Source: a virus (taxonomy: Duplodnaviria > Heunggongvirae > Uroviricota > Caudoviricetes). From it: a DNA stretch of 31,502 nt. Numbering within the stretch: position 1 is the first letter of the stretch; every line of letters begins with the position of its first letter. The notes under the pieces were generated by a model that saw only the letters and a list, made by a program, of their open reading frames with translations, had not been told where the DNA came from and made no database searches. Shown here piece after piece: positions 12,126-19,977 of this stretch. The stretch is taken from the IMG/VR virus record IMGVR_UViG_2531839662_000032, one strand, 5' to 3'. Made by a program: the position numbers and the translations under genes.

Positions 12126-12775
12126 GCCGCCATCTCCCTGACCAGTTTTTCCGCCTGCTGGCGAACCTGCGCCAGAAACGCCTCACCACATGCCTCAAGT
12201 TCATCGCGCCCGATGTAGCTGATTGCCGGTCCCTTCCAGGTCTTATCGAAAACAGCAATAGCACCAGCGAAGAAAGCGCCTGTCGGCACCTGCTTCTCGT
12301 CTTTCGGGATAAACCAGACAGGCAGTTCAAAACCAATACGCCCGCGAATAAAAGCAATATGATCTGCATCTTCCGGCCACCACACTTCGCTGGTGGCAGC
12401 TTTGATCAGGAAAACATAGCGCCCGCCTTTATCACGCATGGCACTGGCATGCTTCATGATGTAACGCATGCCGGTGATGTATTGCCCCTCATGCTGACTG
12501 GCGCGGCTGTATGGGGGATTACCAAAGGCAGCACCTTTAAGCTCCGCAAGACGTTCTGACCAGTCATGCGCCAGCGCGTTGTCTTCCGCCGTGTAATACG
12601 CGGCACATTTGGCGTTATCACCGTCAGTAAAAAGATCCAGAACAAACGGGCCAAACAGAGTGTTAATTCCCCAAAAAATGTTATCCGGCGTGCGCCACTG
12701 ATCGCCCACTTCCTTCAGTTCATGGGCTGGTTTGTTCCGTAGTTCCACCAGCGCCTGGCAATATTTATTACTCAT
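12122..12775 (-). CDS. Phage-type DNA N6-adenine methyltransferase (Dam family)
   Basis: WRTPDNIF...FVLDLFTDGDNAKCAAYYT...AFGNPPYSR (NPPY catalytic motif) is typical of the small phage Dam family. Start ATG at 12775 overlaps the upstream stop (TAATG); GGGGG RBS. Confidence 0.75.
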   Translation of the reverse strand: MSNKYCQALVELRNKPAHELKEVGDQWRTPDNIFWGINTLFGPFVLDLFTDGDNAKCAAYYTAEDNALAHDWSERLAELKGAAFGNPPYSRASQHEGQYITGMRYIMKHASAMRDKGGRYVFLIKAATSEVWWPEDADHIAFIRGRIGFELPVWFIPKDEKQVPTGAFFAGAIAVFDKTWKGPAISYIGRDELEACGEAFLAQVRQQAEKLVREMAA

Positions 12776-13263
12776 TAAGCCCCCACGTAATTCCCTGACA
12801 GATACCACTCTTCACCTGATGCAGCCCGCTTGCTGCTTTTCCGTAAACACTGTTCACGACGCGCCAGAAAATTGTTTCGTTCTGGCTGGGAGTGGCTTTC
12901 ACGGAATGCCGCCATCCACACCGTTGCAGCACGACGGTATAAGCCCCTCGACTCCAGTTCTTCAGCCTGGCGGGTCAGGCACAAAATCACCCGGGGGTCG
13001 TTAGTGCCGACATAGAACTTGCGCACAGGTCTGGTTTCACGAACTGGTTGTGGTTCCGGCTCCTGCGCTCTCTCAGTCAGGCGCGAGAAATGTCTGCGTG
13101 TATCTCCTTCACAACGGTGAGCCACACGCCCACTCTGACGTAACTTGCTTGCTGACTGCAGAACGCGCTGCCGTGAGTAACCAGCAAAAGCATCCGCAAT
13201 GTCTCCGGAAGTACACCCCGGATGGGCTTCAATGAATTTCTGAACTTCATTCAAAAGACTCAT
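12775..13263 (-). CDS. PerC-family-like transcriptional regulator (tentative)
   Basis: C-terminal AEELESRGLYRRAATVWMAAFRESHSQPERNNFLARREQCL resembles the PerC signature. ATG at 13263 lies 2 nt after the upstream stop; GGGGG RBS. Confidence 0.45.
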   Translation of the reverse strand: MSLLNEVQKFIEAHPGCTSGDIADAFAGYSRQRVLQSASKLRQSGRVAHRCEGDTRRHFSRLTERAQEPEPQPVRETRPVRKFYVGTNDPRVILCLTRQAEELESRGLYRRAATVWMAAFRESHSQPERNNFLARREQCLRKSSKRAASGEEWYLSGNYVGA

Positions 13264-13265
13264 GA

Positions 13266-14084
13266 TCACCCCCTGAATCCTGCCGGGATCTGGCTGTAGT
13301 CCACGTTGTCGTAACTGGCTTTGAAGTACGGGTCCTCGCGTCTGGCTGCAGATACCGCAGGAACTTCCCAGGATTCTTCGAAATGACGATCCGGGCCATA
13401 GAACGTGACAGCCTGTTTCACAAATTGTGTGCCGCTGTTACCCATCGCAGATACCCAGCCCGCGTAGCGTTTCACACCTTCCAGCATGGTTTCGGGGTTT
13501 ACCCCCTCGTTCAAACGGGCTTTCCAGGCTTTGAAGGCTGCTGATTTTGAATTGCCACCAGCACGTTTGGGATATGCCAGCCATGCCTGCTCAAACTCCG
13601 GAGAGTATTCCGGTCGGTTTGAACGAACTCGCACAGACTCATCAGCAGATGCACCAACAGCTATTGGTTCATTGACTGATTCTTTGACTGGTTCAAAAGA
13701 GTGACTGGTTCTGGGTGAATCTCCTTCACTACCACCAGGTGCAACTCCTGCACTACCTGGTGAATTTGCTGCACCAGATAGTGAATTATTTGCACTACCC
13801 CCTGGTGAATCTCCTGCACCATCCAGATGAAGGAAATAGATATTACTTGAGTTACCTTTTTCACCTTTTCGGGTGACTTTTTTTACCAGCCCGGACTCAC
13901 AAAGGGCCGCAATATGACTCATCACAGAACGTTTGCTAATCTCGCACTGGTCAGCGATATGCTGATAGCTGGGCCAGCACTCGCCCTGATCGCTGGCATT
14001 ATCAGCCAGCTTAATCAGAACCAGTTTTCGCAATGGATTACCCACTCGAATTTTCATCGCTTTAACCATCAGCTCCATACTCAT
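13266..14084 (-). CDS. Phage replication initiation protein (N-terminal winged-helix HTH, C-terminal replisome-organiser-like domain)
   Basis: N-terminal GNPLRKLVLIKLADNASDQGECWPSYQHIADQCEISKRSVMSHIAALCESGLV HTH. Gene carries an internal array of roughly 21-bp direct repeats (iterons). Position follows cro/cII-like genes. Confidence 0.6.
   Translation of the reverse strand: MSMELMVKAMKIRVGNPLRKLVLIKLADNASDQGECWPSYQHIADQCEISKRSVMSHIAALCESGLVKKVTRKGEKGNSSNIYFLHLDGAGDSPGGSANNSLSGAANSPGSAGVAPGGSEGDSPRTSHSFEPVKESVNEPIAVGASADESVRVRSNRPEYSPEFEQAWLAYPKRAGGNSKSAAFKAWKARLNEGVNPETMLEGVKRYAGWVSAMGNSGTQFVKQAVTFYGPDRHFEESWEVPAVSAARREDPYFKASYDNVDYSQIPAGFRG
13711..13820. repeat. Iteron-like direct repeats (about five copies of roughly 21 bp, core CTGGTGAAT..CTGCAC) inside the replication gene; candidate phage origin
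   Basis: Copies near 13711, 13735, 13757, 13777 and 13799; they encode a reiterated Ser/Gly/Ala/Asn-rich linker. Confidence 0.45.
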
Positions 14085-14317
14085 GCTGCACCTCCGAGAT
14101 GCTTCATGTTTTTTCCGGAGCGAAAGGCAATAAGCGGCATACTGACGCGGTAATTGCGGCCCAGCGGTTCACAAATCACCTTCTGACATTCACAGTCAAC
14201 CAGGCTGACACGTAGAACATGCCCTGCAGGCGTGGTGTACCACTGCCCAACTGTAGGAATTGATATTTTTTTACGCTGAAGTAAACGGTGAATATTGAGG
14301 ATCAACGGATTAAGCAT
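14081..14317 (-). CDS. Hypothetical small phage protein
   Basis: 78-codon ORF whose stop overlaps the replication gene start (ATGA) and whose start overlaps the upstream ORF end. Confidence 0.4.
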   Translation of the reverse strand: MLNPLILNIHRLLQRKKISIPTVGQWYTTPAGHVLRVSLVDCECQKVICEPLGRNYRVSMPLIAFRSGKNMKHLGGAA

Positions 14318-15146
14318 GACGATGCCCTCCGCTGATATTCAGGAGACAGTGAATATGAAGATTAGCCTTATCCGCCAAACGAATACGTTCAGCCTGCAAG
14401 TTAAGAAGGGTTTCTACCAGAAGTTGATGCGCCTGCGGATCTGAAAGAGTTACCTTGCGCAGAGCACGTAGTGCTGTTGTTACATAACTGAGTTTATGTA
14501 AGTCTTCATCATTCAGACGAGTGAGGGCTGGGACTGTAGCCATGATGGCAGCCTCCGTATGCAATGGATAACTTCCACCACCGGAAACGCCAATTTCGCT
14601 GGTGGTGAACTGAGCAGGGTTGGCGTAACCGGCGCATACGGAAACCGGCGCACCTTTCGGTGCCCCCACCCAGCCCACCATAATTTGGGTATAGCTGAGT
14701 TGTAGCAACAAAAAAGACGCTAACGCGCCAATTGTCGCCGTATGCAATTCCAGGACGCCAATCCCGGCACCCGCTTTATAAGGTGCCTGAACAGTGTAAC
14801 GTCCCGGAATGACAGAATCAATGTGCTGGTGCTGTTTCACACTCAACAAAATCACGCCTGAATTTCCACAAAGGACTAAAGCACTCATGCGGGTAGTCTT
14901 TGCGAAGATAGATAACGCGCTGTGTTTCTGGTTCCCAACGAATAACATGGACATAAAGCCCTCTTCCATCACGAAACCAGCGGTTAAGTTCCTGCACAAC
15001 TCGCCCCCCACAGTCAGGTAAAGTTCTCTGTGGTTATTTACAGACAGGTGATTTGGTAATCTGCATTCATGCCGTAACAACAGGTGTTCAGCCACGCTGA
15101 CCACCAGCTGTTGCGACAAACGGTTATTTGCCGTTAAACTGTTCAT
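14310..15146 (-). CDS. Hypothetical phage protein (278 aa), unrecognised
   Basis: Long ORF in the early operon; start ATG overlaps the upstream stop (ATGA). No motif I can name. Confidence 0.45.
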   Translation of the reverse strand: MNSLTANNRLSQQLVVSVAEHLLLRHECRLPNHLSVNNHRELYLTVGGELCRNLTAGFVMEEGFMSMLFVGNQKHSALSIFAKTTRMSALVLCGNSGVILLSVKQHQHIDSVIPGRYTVQAPYKAGAGIGVLELHTATIGALASFLLLQLSYTQIMVGWVGAPKGAPVSVCAGYANPAQFTTSEIGVSGGGSYPLHTEAAIMATVPALTRLNDEDLHKLSYVTTALRALRKVTLSDPQAHQLLVETLLNLQAERIRLADKANLHIHCLLNISGGHRHA

Positions 15147-15706
15147 GCGTTAGTTTCTCCACAGTCACGACACGCCACGGCGCCCGGAGCTGCACACTCG
15201 CGGGCGTCATTACTTTCTGAAACGCAAAAAATTTTGTAGACCAGTGCTGCATGCTCCTGCAGCTTCGAAATTGACAGGTACAGCTCGTCGTTAATTGCTG
15301 TCTTCTCATGCGGTTCCACTACACCGTCTTCGATTGCCGAACGAATCTGTTTGGAATAACTGCCAATTTGTTCAATGACTTCCAGCAGACGCTGGTTAAT
15401 ATCGGCGTTATCCACATCCTCGACATCAGGAAGAGACACAAAGACGCCATTTGCAGACTGCGCCACAGCGTCAGCAATGAAGTGAGTGCCACCAGCACGT
15501 TGCAAAATCATTGCCCATCCCAGCGGAAAAATCTGATCGCCATCGGCACGAAGGCGGTTAAATAATGCGTTCTCTGTTACATCCAGCCAGTCAGCAGCCT
15601 CAGCATAACCACCCGGCAACGCCGCGATAGTTTTTCTGACCGCTTTCACATACCACTCAGGCTGTTTTTTTACTTTCCAGTGATGCTTACCCACGGTTAG
15701 CCTCAT
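15143..15706 (-). CDS. Hypothetical early regulatory protein in the CII/YdaT position
   Basis: 187-codon ORF 31 nt downstream of the cro-like gene, coupled to downstream genes. Assignment is by position only. Confidence 0.4.
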   Translation of the reverse strand: MRLTVGKHHWKVKKQPEWYVKAVRKTIAALPGGYAEAADWLDVTENALFNRLRADGDQIFPLGWAMILQRAGGTHFIADAVAQSANGVFVSLPDVEDVDNADINQRLLEVIEQIGSYSKQIRSAIEDGVVEPHEKTAINDELYLSISKLQEHAALVYKIFCVSESNDARECAAPGAVACRDCGETNA

Positions 15707-15737
15707 CGTTCTGTGGTTAAAAATTGAAGGTCTTCTG

Positions 15738-15938
15738 CTAATCTTTCGGATAGATATCCGGTCTTAAGTCAGATTTCGTAATTGCTCCTGATGTGCATTG
15801 CTCAAGTTTTTTAGCCAGTACAAAGCTGGCTTTTTTATAGCCATTGAAAACCAGCCGTAAGTAGCCAGGTGTTGAACCAACTTTTCCGGCCAACTCGCCC
15901 TGCTGTTCTTTGGTTAAAGAGTTCCAATACGCTTTCAT
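15738..15938 (-). CDS. Cro/YdaS-like HTH DNA-binding protein (66 aa)
   Basis: MKAYWNSLTKEQQGELAGKVGSTPGYLRLVFNGYKKASFVLAKKLEQCTSGAITKSDLRPDIYPKD is a Cro/CI-type HTH, divergent from the cI-like gene. ATG at 15938 with an AGGGGG RBS; the track's longer ORF would overlap the cI start. Confidence 0.65.
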   Translation of the reverse strand: MKAYWNSLTKEQQGELAGKVGSTPGYLRLVFNGYKKASFVLAKKLEQCTSGAITKSDLRPDIYPKD

Positions 15939-16028
15939 ACAATATGTACCCCCTGTATACATATTACATGATTGAAATGAACCTTCAAGATACTTGTACC
16001 TTAACGGTACAAAGGTTTTAATTTCGTT
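15939..16028. promoter_or_regulatory. Operator/promoter region (OR-like) between divergent cro-like and cI-like genes
   Basis: Inverted repeat ATATGTA-N9-TACATAT at 15942-15964 and perfect palindrome TTGTACC-TTAAC-GGTACAA at 15994-16012. Shared half-site (A/T)TGTACC recurs downstream of cI. Confidence 0.5.
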
Positions 16029-16703
16029 ATGAAAACAGTCCATGACATCCGGCGGTCTAACGCCAGAAAACTGAGAGATGGTGTTGGCGGGAATTCTTCC
16101 TTTGCCACCATGATTGATCGCGAGCCAACCCAAACCAGCAGGTTTATGGGGGATGGCGCCACTAAAAATATCGGTGACAGCATGGCACGGCACATCGAAA
16201 AATGCTTCGACCTGCCTGTCGGATGGCTTGATCAAGAACACCAGACAACAAACATCACAAAAAAAACTGATGTTTCAATCACTAACAAACAAATTACGTT
16301 AGTTCCTGTCATATCATGGGTACAGGCCGGAGCATGGAAAGAAGTTGGTTATTCTGAGGTTGATTTGAGCACAGCGGAAACGTATCCCTGCCCTGTACCC
16401 TGTGGCGAAATGACTTATATCTTGCGGGTGATTGGTGATTCAATGATTGATGAGTACCGCCCGGGAGACATGATTTTTGTTGATCCTGAAGTGCCTGCTT
16501 GCCACGGTGACGACGTTATTGCATTGATGCACGATACAGGTGAAACCACCTTCAAAAGGTTGATAGAAGACGGAACACAACGTTATCTCAAAGCATTAAA
16601 CCCAAACTGGCCTGAGCCTTACATTAAGATCAACGGTAATTGCTCTATAATTGGCACAGTAATTTTCTCAGGAAAACCAAGAAGATACAAAATCAAAGCC
16701 TAA
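16029..16703 (+). CDS. CI-like prophage repressor (HTH plus S24 LexA-type autopeptidase domain)
   Basis: N-terminal XRE-type HTH (...FATMIDREPTQTSRFMG...) and C-terminal S24 domain (...ILRVIGDSMIDEYRPGDMIFVDP...TTFKRL...) with catalytic Ser in GDSM and Lys in FKRL. Confidence 0.85.
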   Translation: MKTVHDIRRSNARKLRDGVGGNSSFATMIDREPTQTSRFMGDGATKNIGDSMARHIEKCFDLPVGWLDQEHQTTNITKKTDVSITNKQITLVPVISWVQAGAWKEVGYSEVDLSTAETYPCPVPCGEMTYILRVIGDSMIDEYRPGDMIFVDPEVPACHGDDVIALMHDTGETTFKRLIEDGTQRYLKALNPNWPEPYIKINGNCSIIGTVIFSGKPRRYKIKA

Positions 16704-16715
16704 TCAATGTTATGA

Positions 16716-16741
16716 ACCTGCTTCGGCAGGTTTTTTTATAC
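16716..16741 (+). terminator. Rho-independent terminator after the cI-like gene
   Basis: AACCTGC-TTCG-GCAGGTT stem followed by TTTTTTTAT. Confidence 0.55.
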
Positions 16742-16770
16742 TTGACAATGTACCTTTGAGATACATAATG
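16742..16770 (+). promoter_or_regulatory. PL-like sigma70 promoter with overlapping operator half-sites
   Basis: TTGACA (16742-16747), 16-17 bp spacer, CATAAT/ATAATG (16764-16770). AATGTACC repeats at 16747-16754 and 16767-16774 overlap it. Confidence 0.5.
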
Positions 16771-17232
16771 TACCCAAAAGAAACATGAAGCAGGCAAGAT
16801 TCAAACAAAATTTGGTTGTAACACGGCGTATGGCACATGCGTCGTTAGCGGTCTGGAGACGTTAAAGGGGACAATCCACTCCTTGCTCGGGCAAACAAAC
16901 CAGGTAGCCGGAATGTGCAAGTCAATGAGGATGCTGATAAGACGCCTAACCAGCGTGGCGATTCGGTTTGACGCCTGGGAAGAGACCAGGGTGCAACGAT
17001 GAGGGCATTTATGGAACCGCGACAAAGTGTGGTGCCGTAACTGGCTAAGTGCTCTCTGCGTTGTGGTAATCCGCGAAATGGCGCGGCGGTAAGTATGGCG
17101 GGGTTACTCTTTCCCCGTTGAGGACACCGGGTTGTCAGGTTGACCATACGCCTGAGTGACAACCCCACCACAACTGCCATTGCTTTGGCGGTACCAGTTT
17201 TTTCCTTAGTCCTTTCTGGCACCGCCCTTTTT

Positions 17233-17320
17233 ACAAAACAGAGAAGAGCATCACCGGACGATGGGCTCATAACCCAATCCATCCGGCAGTGACTACCGTA
17301 GGTGTTCTTCTCTGTTTTGT
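17233..17320 (+). repeat. Perfect 15-bp inverted repeat (ACAAAACAGAGAAGA / TCTTCTCTGTTTTGT) enclosing a nested hairpin, within the 740-bp non-coding leader
   Basis: Arms at 17233-17247 and 17306-17320, extendable to about 20 bp with G-U pairs. Inner hairpin CCGGACGATGG...CCATCCGG. Confidence 0.5.
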
Positions 17321-17445
17321 GGAGAAACTAACCGCCCCAGCGGGGGCATTTATGGAAACGTAATTGACTCAATAATCGCCGGATGGCGAGGGATTCTTGC
17401 AACCAAAATTCAACGCGGTGCAGCGCATATAACGTGGAGAACGAA

Positions 17446-17982
17446 ATGTCATTTATTAAAACTTTTTCCGGGAAGCATTTTTTTTATGACCGGATAAATA
17501 AAGACAACATCGATATTAACGATATCGCGGTTTCACTTTCAAATATCTGCCGCTTTGCAGGACATCTTTCACACTTCTACAGCGTCGCCCAACATGCGGT
17601 GCTTTGCAGCCAGCTGGTACCGCACGAATTTGCTTTTGAAGCATTAATGCATGATGCAACAGAAGCGTATTGCCAGGACATCCCCGCTCCACTGAAACGC
17701 CTTCTTCCTGACTATAAACGGATGGAAGAAAAAATAGACGCCGTAATCCGTGAGAAATACGGGTTACCCCCGGTTATGAGTACACCCGTGAAATATGCCG
17801 ATCTCATCATGCTGGCAACCGAACGCCGCGATCTCGGGCTTGATGATGGCTCTTTCTGGCCTGTGCTGGAAGGTATCCCGGCAACAGAGATGTTCAACGT
17901 GATTCCACTGGCTCCAGGCCATGCCTACGGGATGTTTATGGAACGCTTTAACGAATTATCGGAGTTACGCAAATGCGCATGA
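17446..17982 (+). CDS. HD-domain metal-dependent phosphohydrolase
   Basis: HD signature (...CRFAGHLSHFYSVAQHAVL...ALMHDATEAYCQDIPAPLK...). ATG at 17446 preceded by GGAGA; the track's 17383 start lacks an RBS. Confidence 0.7.
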   Translation: MSFIKTFSGKHFFYDRINKDNIDINDIAVSLSNICRFAGHLSHFYSVAQHAVLCSQLVPHEFAFEALMHDATEAYCQDIPAPLKRLLPDYKRMEEKIDAVIREKYGLPPVMSTPVKYADLIMLATERRDLGLDDGSFWPVLEGIPATEMFNVIPLAPGHAYGMFMERFNELSELRKCA

Positions 17983-18335
17983 ATGTTTTCGAAATGGAAG
18001 GGTTTCTTCGCGGGAAATGTGTACCGCGAGATCTGAAAGTGAACGAAACAAATGCTGAGTACCTGGTACGTAAATTCGACGCGCTTGAAGCTAAATGTGC
18101 TGCACTGGAAAGCAAAATAATACCAGTGTCAGCTGAACTGCCTCCAGCAAATGAAAGTGTTCTGTTATTTGATGCTAACGGAGAAGGCTGGCTGATTGGC
18201 TGGCGTCCTCTCTGGTACACCTGGGGACAAAAAGAAACCGGAGAATGGCAGTGGACATTTCAGGTCGGGGACCTTGAAAACGTCAATATCACTCACTGGG
18301 CAGTAATGCCGAAAGCACCAGAGACTAAGAAATGA
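17979..18335 (+). CDS. DUF551-like phage protein
   Basis: C-terminal W-rich region ending ...NITHWAVMPKAPE is typical of DUF551. Start ATG overlaps the HD stop (ATGA). Confidence 0.5.
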   Translation: MNVFEMEGFLRGKCVPRDLKVNETNAEYLVRKFDALEAKCAALESKIIPVSAELPPANESVLLFDANGEGWLIGWRPLWYTWGQKETGEWQWTFQVGDLENVNITHWAVMPKAPETKK

Positions 18336-18547
18336 GCGTGATAAAAACTCATACAGGAATTGTTATCACCCGAGACGGTGAAAAGCGGATGAAATTACAT
18401 TCCACTGAAACGTCCTGGGTTGCCGGACGTTGTGAATCCTACGACAAAAAGACTGGTTACCGTTGGGGTGCACCTAACATGCGTCGCCGTCTGCTACTGG
18501 ACAGCATCAGGCCAATAAAACAAGTAGCAACCAGAGAACAAAATTAA
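18332..18547 (+). CDS. Hypothetical small phage protein (71 aa)
   Basis: ATG overlaps the upstream stop (ATGA); operon context. Confidence 0.45.
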   Translation: MSVIKTHTGIVITRDGEKRMKLHSTETSWVAGRCESYDKKTGYRWGAPNMRRRLLLDSIRPIKQVATREQN

Positions 18548-18606
18548 TTATCAGGACTGGAATTTGATATTACTGCCCATGTGCAGCGGGCTAAGTGGAG
18601 AAACAT

Positions 18607-18813
18607 ATGCTGAACCTCGATTGTGTTCCTATCTCAACTTATTGCAAAGAAACTGGCGAAACTCCTGAAGCAATAAACAAACGTGTACAGCGCGGTGTTT
18701 GGCGTGAAGGTGTTCAGGTTTTAAAGGTTGAAGGCGTTAAGGAGAGGTGGATTGATCTTAGTGAGGTTGCAAAATGGGCCAGACAAAACTGCTCAAACTA
18801 CCGCGCGGCGTAA
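18607..18813 (+). CDS. xis: Excisionase-like DNA-binding protein
   Basis: Small basic protein directly upstream of and overlapping the integrase start. GGAG RBS 6 nt before ATG 18607. Confidence 0.6.
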   Translation: MLNLDCVPISTYCKETGETPEAINKRVQRGVWREGVQVLKVEGVKERWIDLSEVAKWARQNCSNYRAA

Positions 18814-19943
18814 CAATCAGGAAACACCGCCAGGGCGAAACGATCAATATAACTTTCACCTACAAAGGTGTTAAATGTCGTGAGCCTCTTTCCAATCTGG
18901 AAGTAACACCAAAGAACATTAAATACGCCGAGCGCACACTCGGCGAAATTCATAATAAGATCGAAAGGGGAACATTCATTTATGCGGAATATTTTCCCCG
19001 TTCTGCTCGTTTGAAAATTTTTGGTAATGCTGCTGCAGGCAAAACGGTAAAAATGTACCTGGACGAATACCTTGAAATCTGCGAAACGAGAAAACTTTCA
19101 CCATCTACGATTGGTGGTTATAAAAAATGCCGTAGTGCGTTAGCCTCACTCCACATTTGCCCTGCAAGTGAACTAACACCAGCAATCCTGAAAGCGTGGA
19201 TTCAAAGCCAGAAAACGACCTTAAAAACAATTCGCAACCAGTTATCTTTCCTGCGGTCAGCACTTGATGAAGCCGTAACCGATGGGGTACTTCAAATTAA
19301 CCCCGTATCGTTGGTAACTGCTTCGCGCTACCAAAGTGATAAGTCAGAAGCAGAAAGCAGCTACGTGGTTGATCCGCTATCACCAGCAGAAGTTGATGCA
19401 TTACTAGCAGCAGCCGGAAACAAACAATGGGAGAATCTGTTCCGGTTCGCTATACATACAGGCCTGCGTAGTTCTGAATTATGTGCCCTTCGATGGCGTG
19501 ATATCGACTTTGTTGGAAAAACTGCCCATGTCCAGAGCGCAAGTGTTGTCGGTGTTATCAAAGGAACAAAGACAAAAGCCGGTACTCGTAAAGTTGAACT
19601 GACAGAAGATGCAATGTTGGCGCTGATAAATCAGAAGCCATTTACATTCATGAAGGATGCTACAGTCTTTGAAGATCCAAAGACCAATAAACCTTGGGCA
19701 AGTGCTGATGCAATTAGAAAAAAAGCATGGGTGCCAACATTGCGGAAAGCAGGTATTCGTTACAGAAACCCATATCAAACCAGACATACATTCGCCACCA
19801 GCCATATCAGCCGGGGAGCAAACCTGTTTTGGCTTGCGGTTCAAATGGGTCATAAAGGACCAGAGATGTTATTTAGACATTATGGCTCATACCTCAAAGA
19901 ATATGATGGAAATACATCTTTAAATAGAAAAAATAGATATTAA
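18774..19943 (+). CDS. int: Tyrosine recombinase / phage integrase (lambda-type)
   Basis: N-terminal arm-binding-type region (LPRGVTIRKHRQGETINITFTYKGVKCRE) and C-terminal catalytic region with ...TGLRSSELCALRW..., ...YQTRHTFAT..., ...GHKGPEMLFRHYGSY (R...HxxR...Y). GAGG RBS 7 nt upstream. Confidence 0.9.
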   Translation: MGQTKLLKLPRGVTIRKHRQGETINITFTYKGVKCREPLSNLEVTPKNIKYAERTLGEIHNKIERGTFIYAEYFPRSARLKIFGNAAAGKTVKMYLDEYLEICETRKLSPSTIGGYKKCRSALASLHICPASELTPAILKAWIQSQKTTLKTIRNQLSFLRSALDEAVTDGVLQINPVSLVTASRYQSDKSEAESSYVVDPLSPAEVDALLAAAGNKQWENLFRFAIHTGLRSSELCALRWRDIDFVGKTAHVQSASVVGVIKGTKTKAGTRKVELTEDAMLALINQKPFTFMKDATVFEDPKTNKPWASADAIRKKAWVPTLRKAGIRYRNPYQTRHTFATSHISRGANLFWLAVQMGHKGPEMLFRHYGSYLKEYDGNTSLNRKNRY

Positions 19944-19954
19944 TTTAGATAAAA

Positions 19955-19977
19955 ATGGCCTTTACAGGCCATTATTC
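19955..19977. terminator. Bidirectional hairpin between convergent int and the cargo operon
   Basis: AATGGCC-TTTACA-GGCCATT inverted repeat flanked by A/T runs. Confidence 0.45.

Noticed and set aside
16801-17282. Minus-strand ORFs of 74 and 145 codons in the leader region
   Set aside because: Translations are Arg/Ser/Leu/Pro-rich nonsense with no start context; the region is better explained as non-coding structured sequence.
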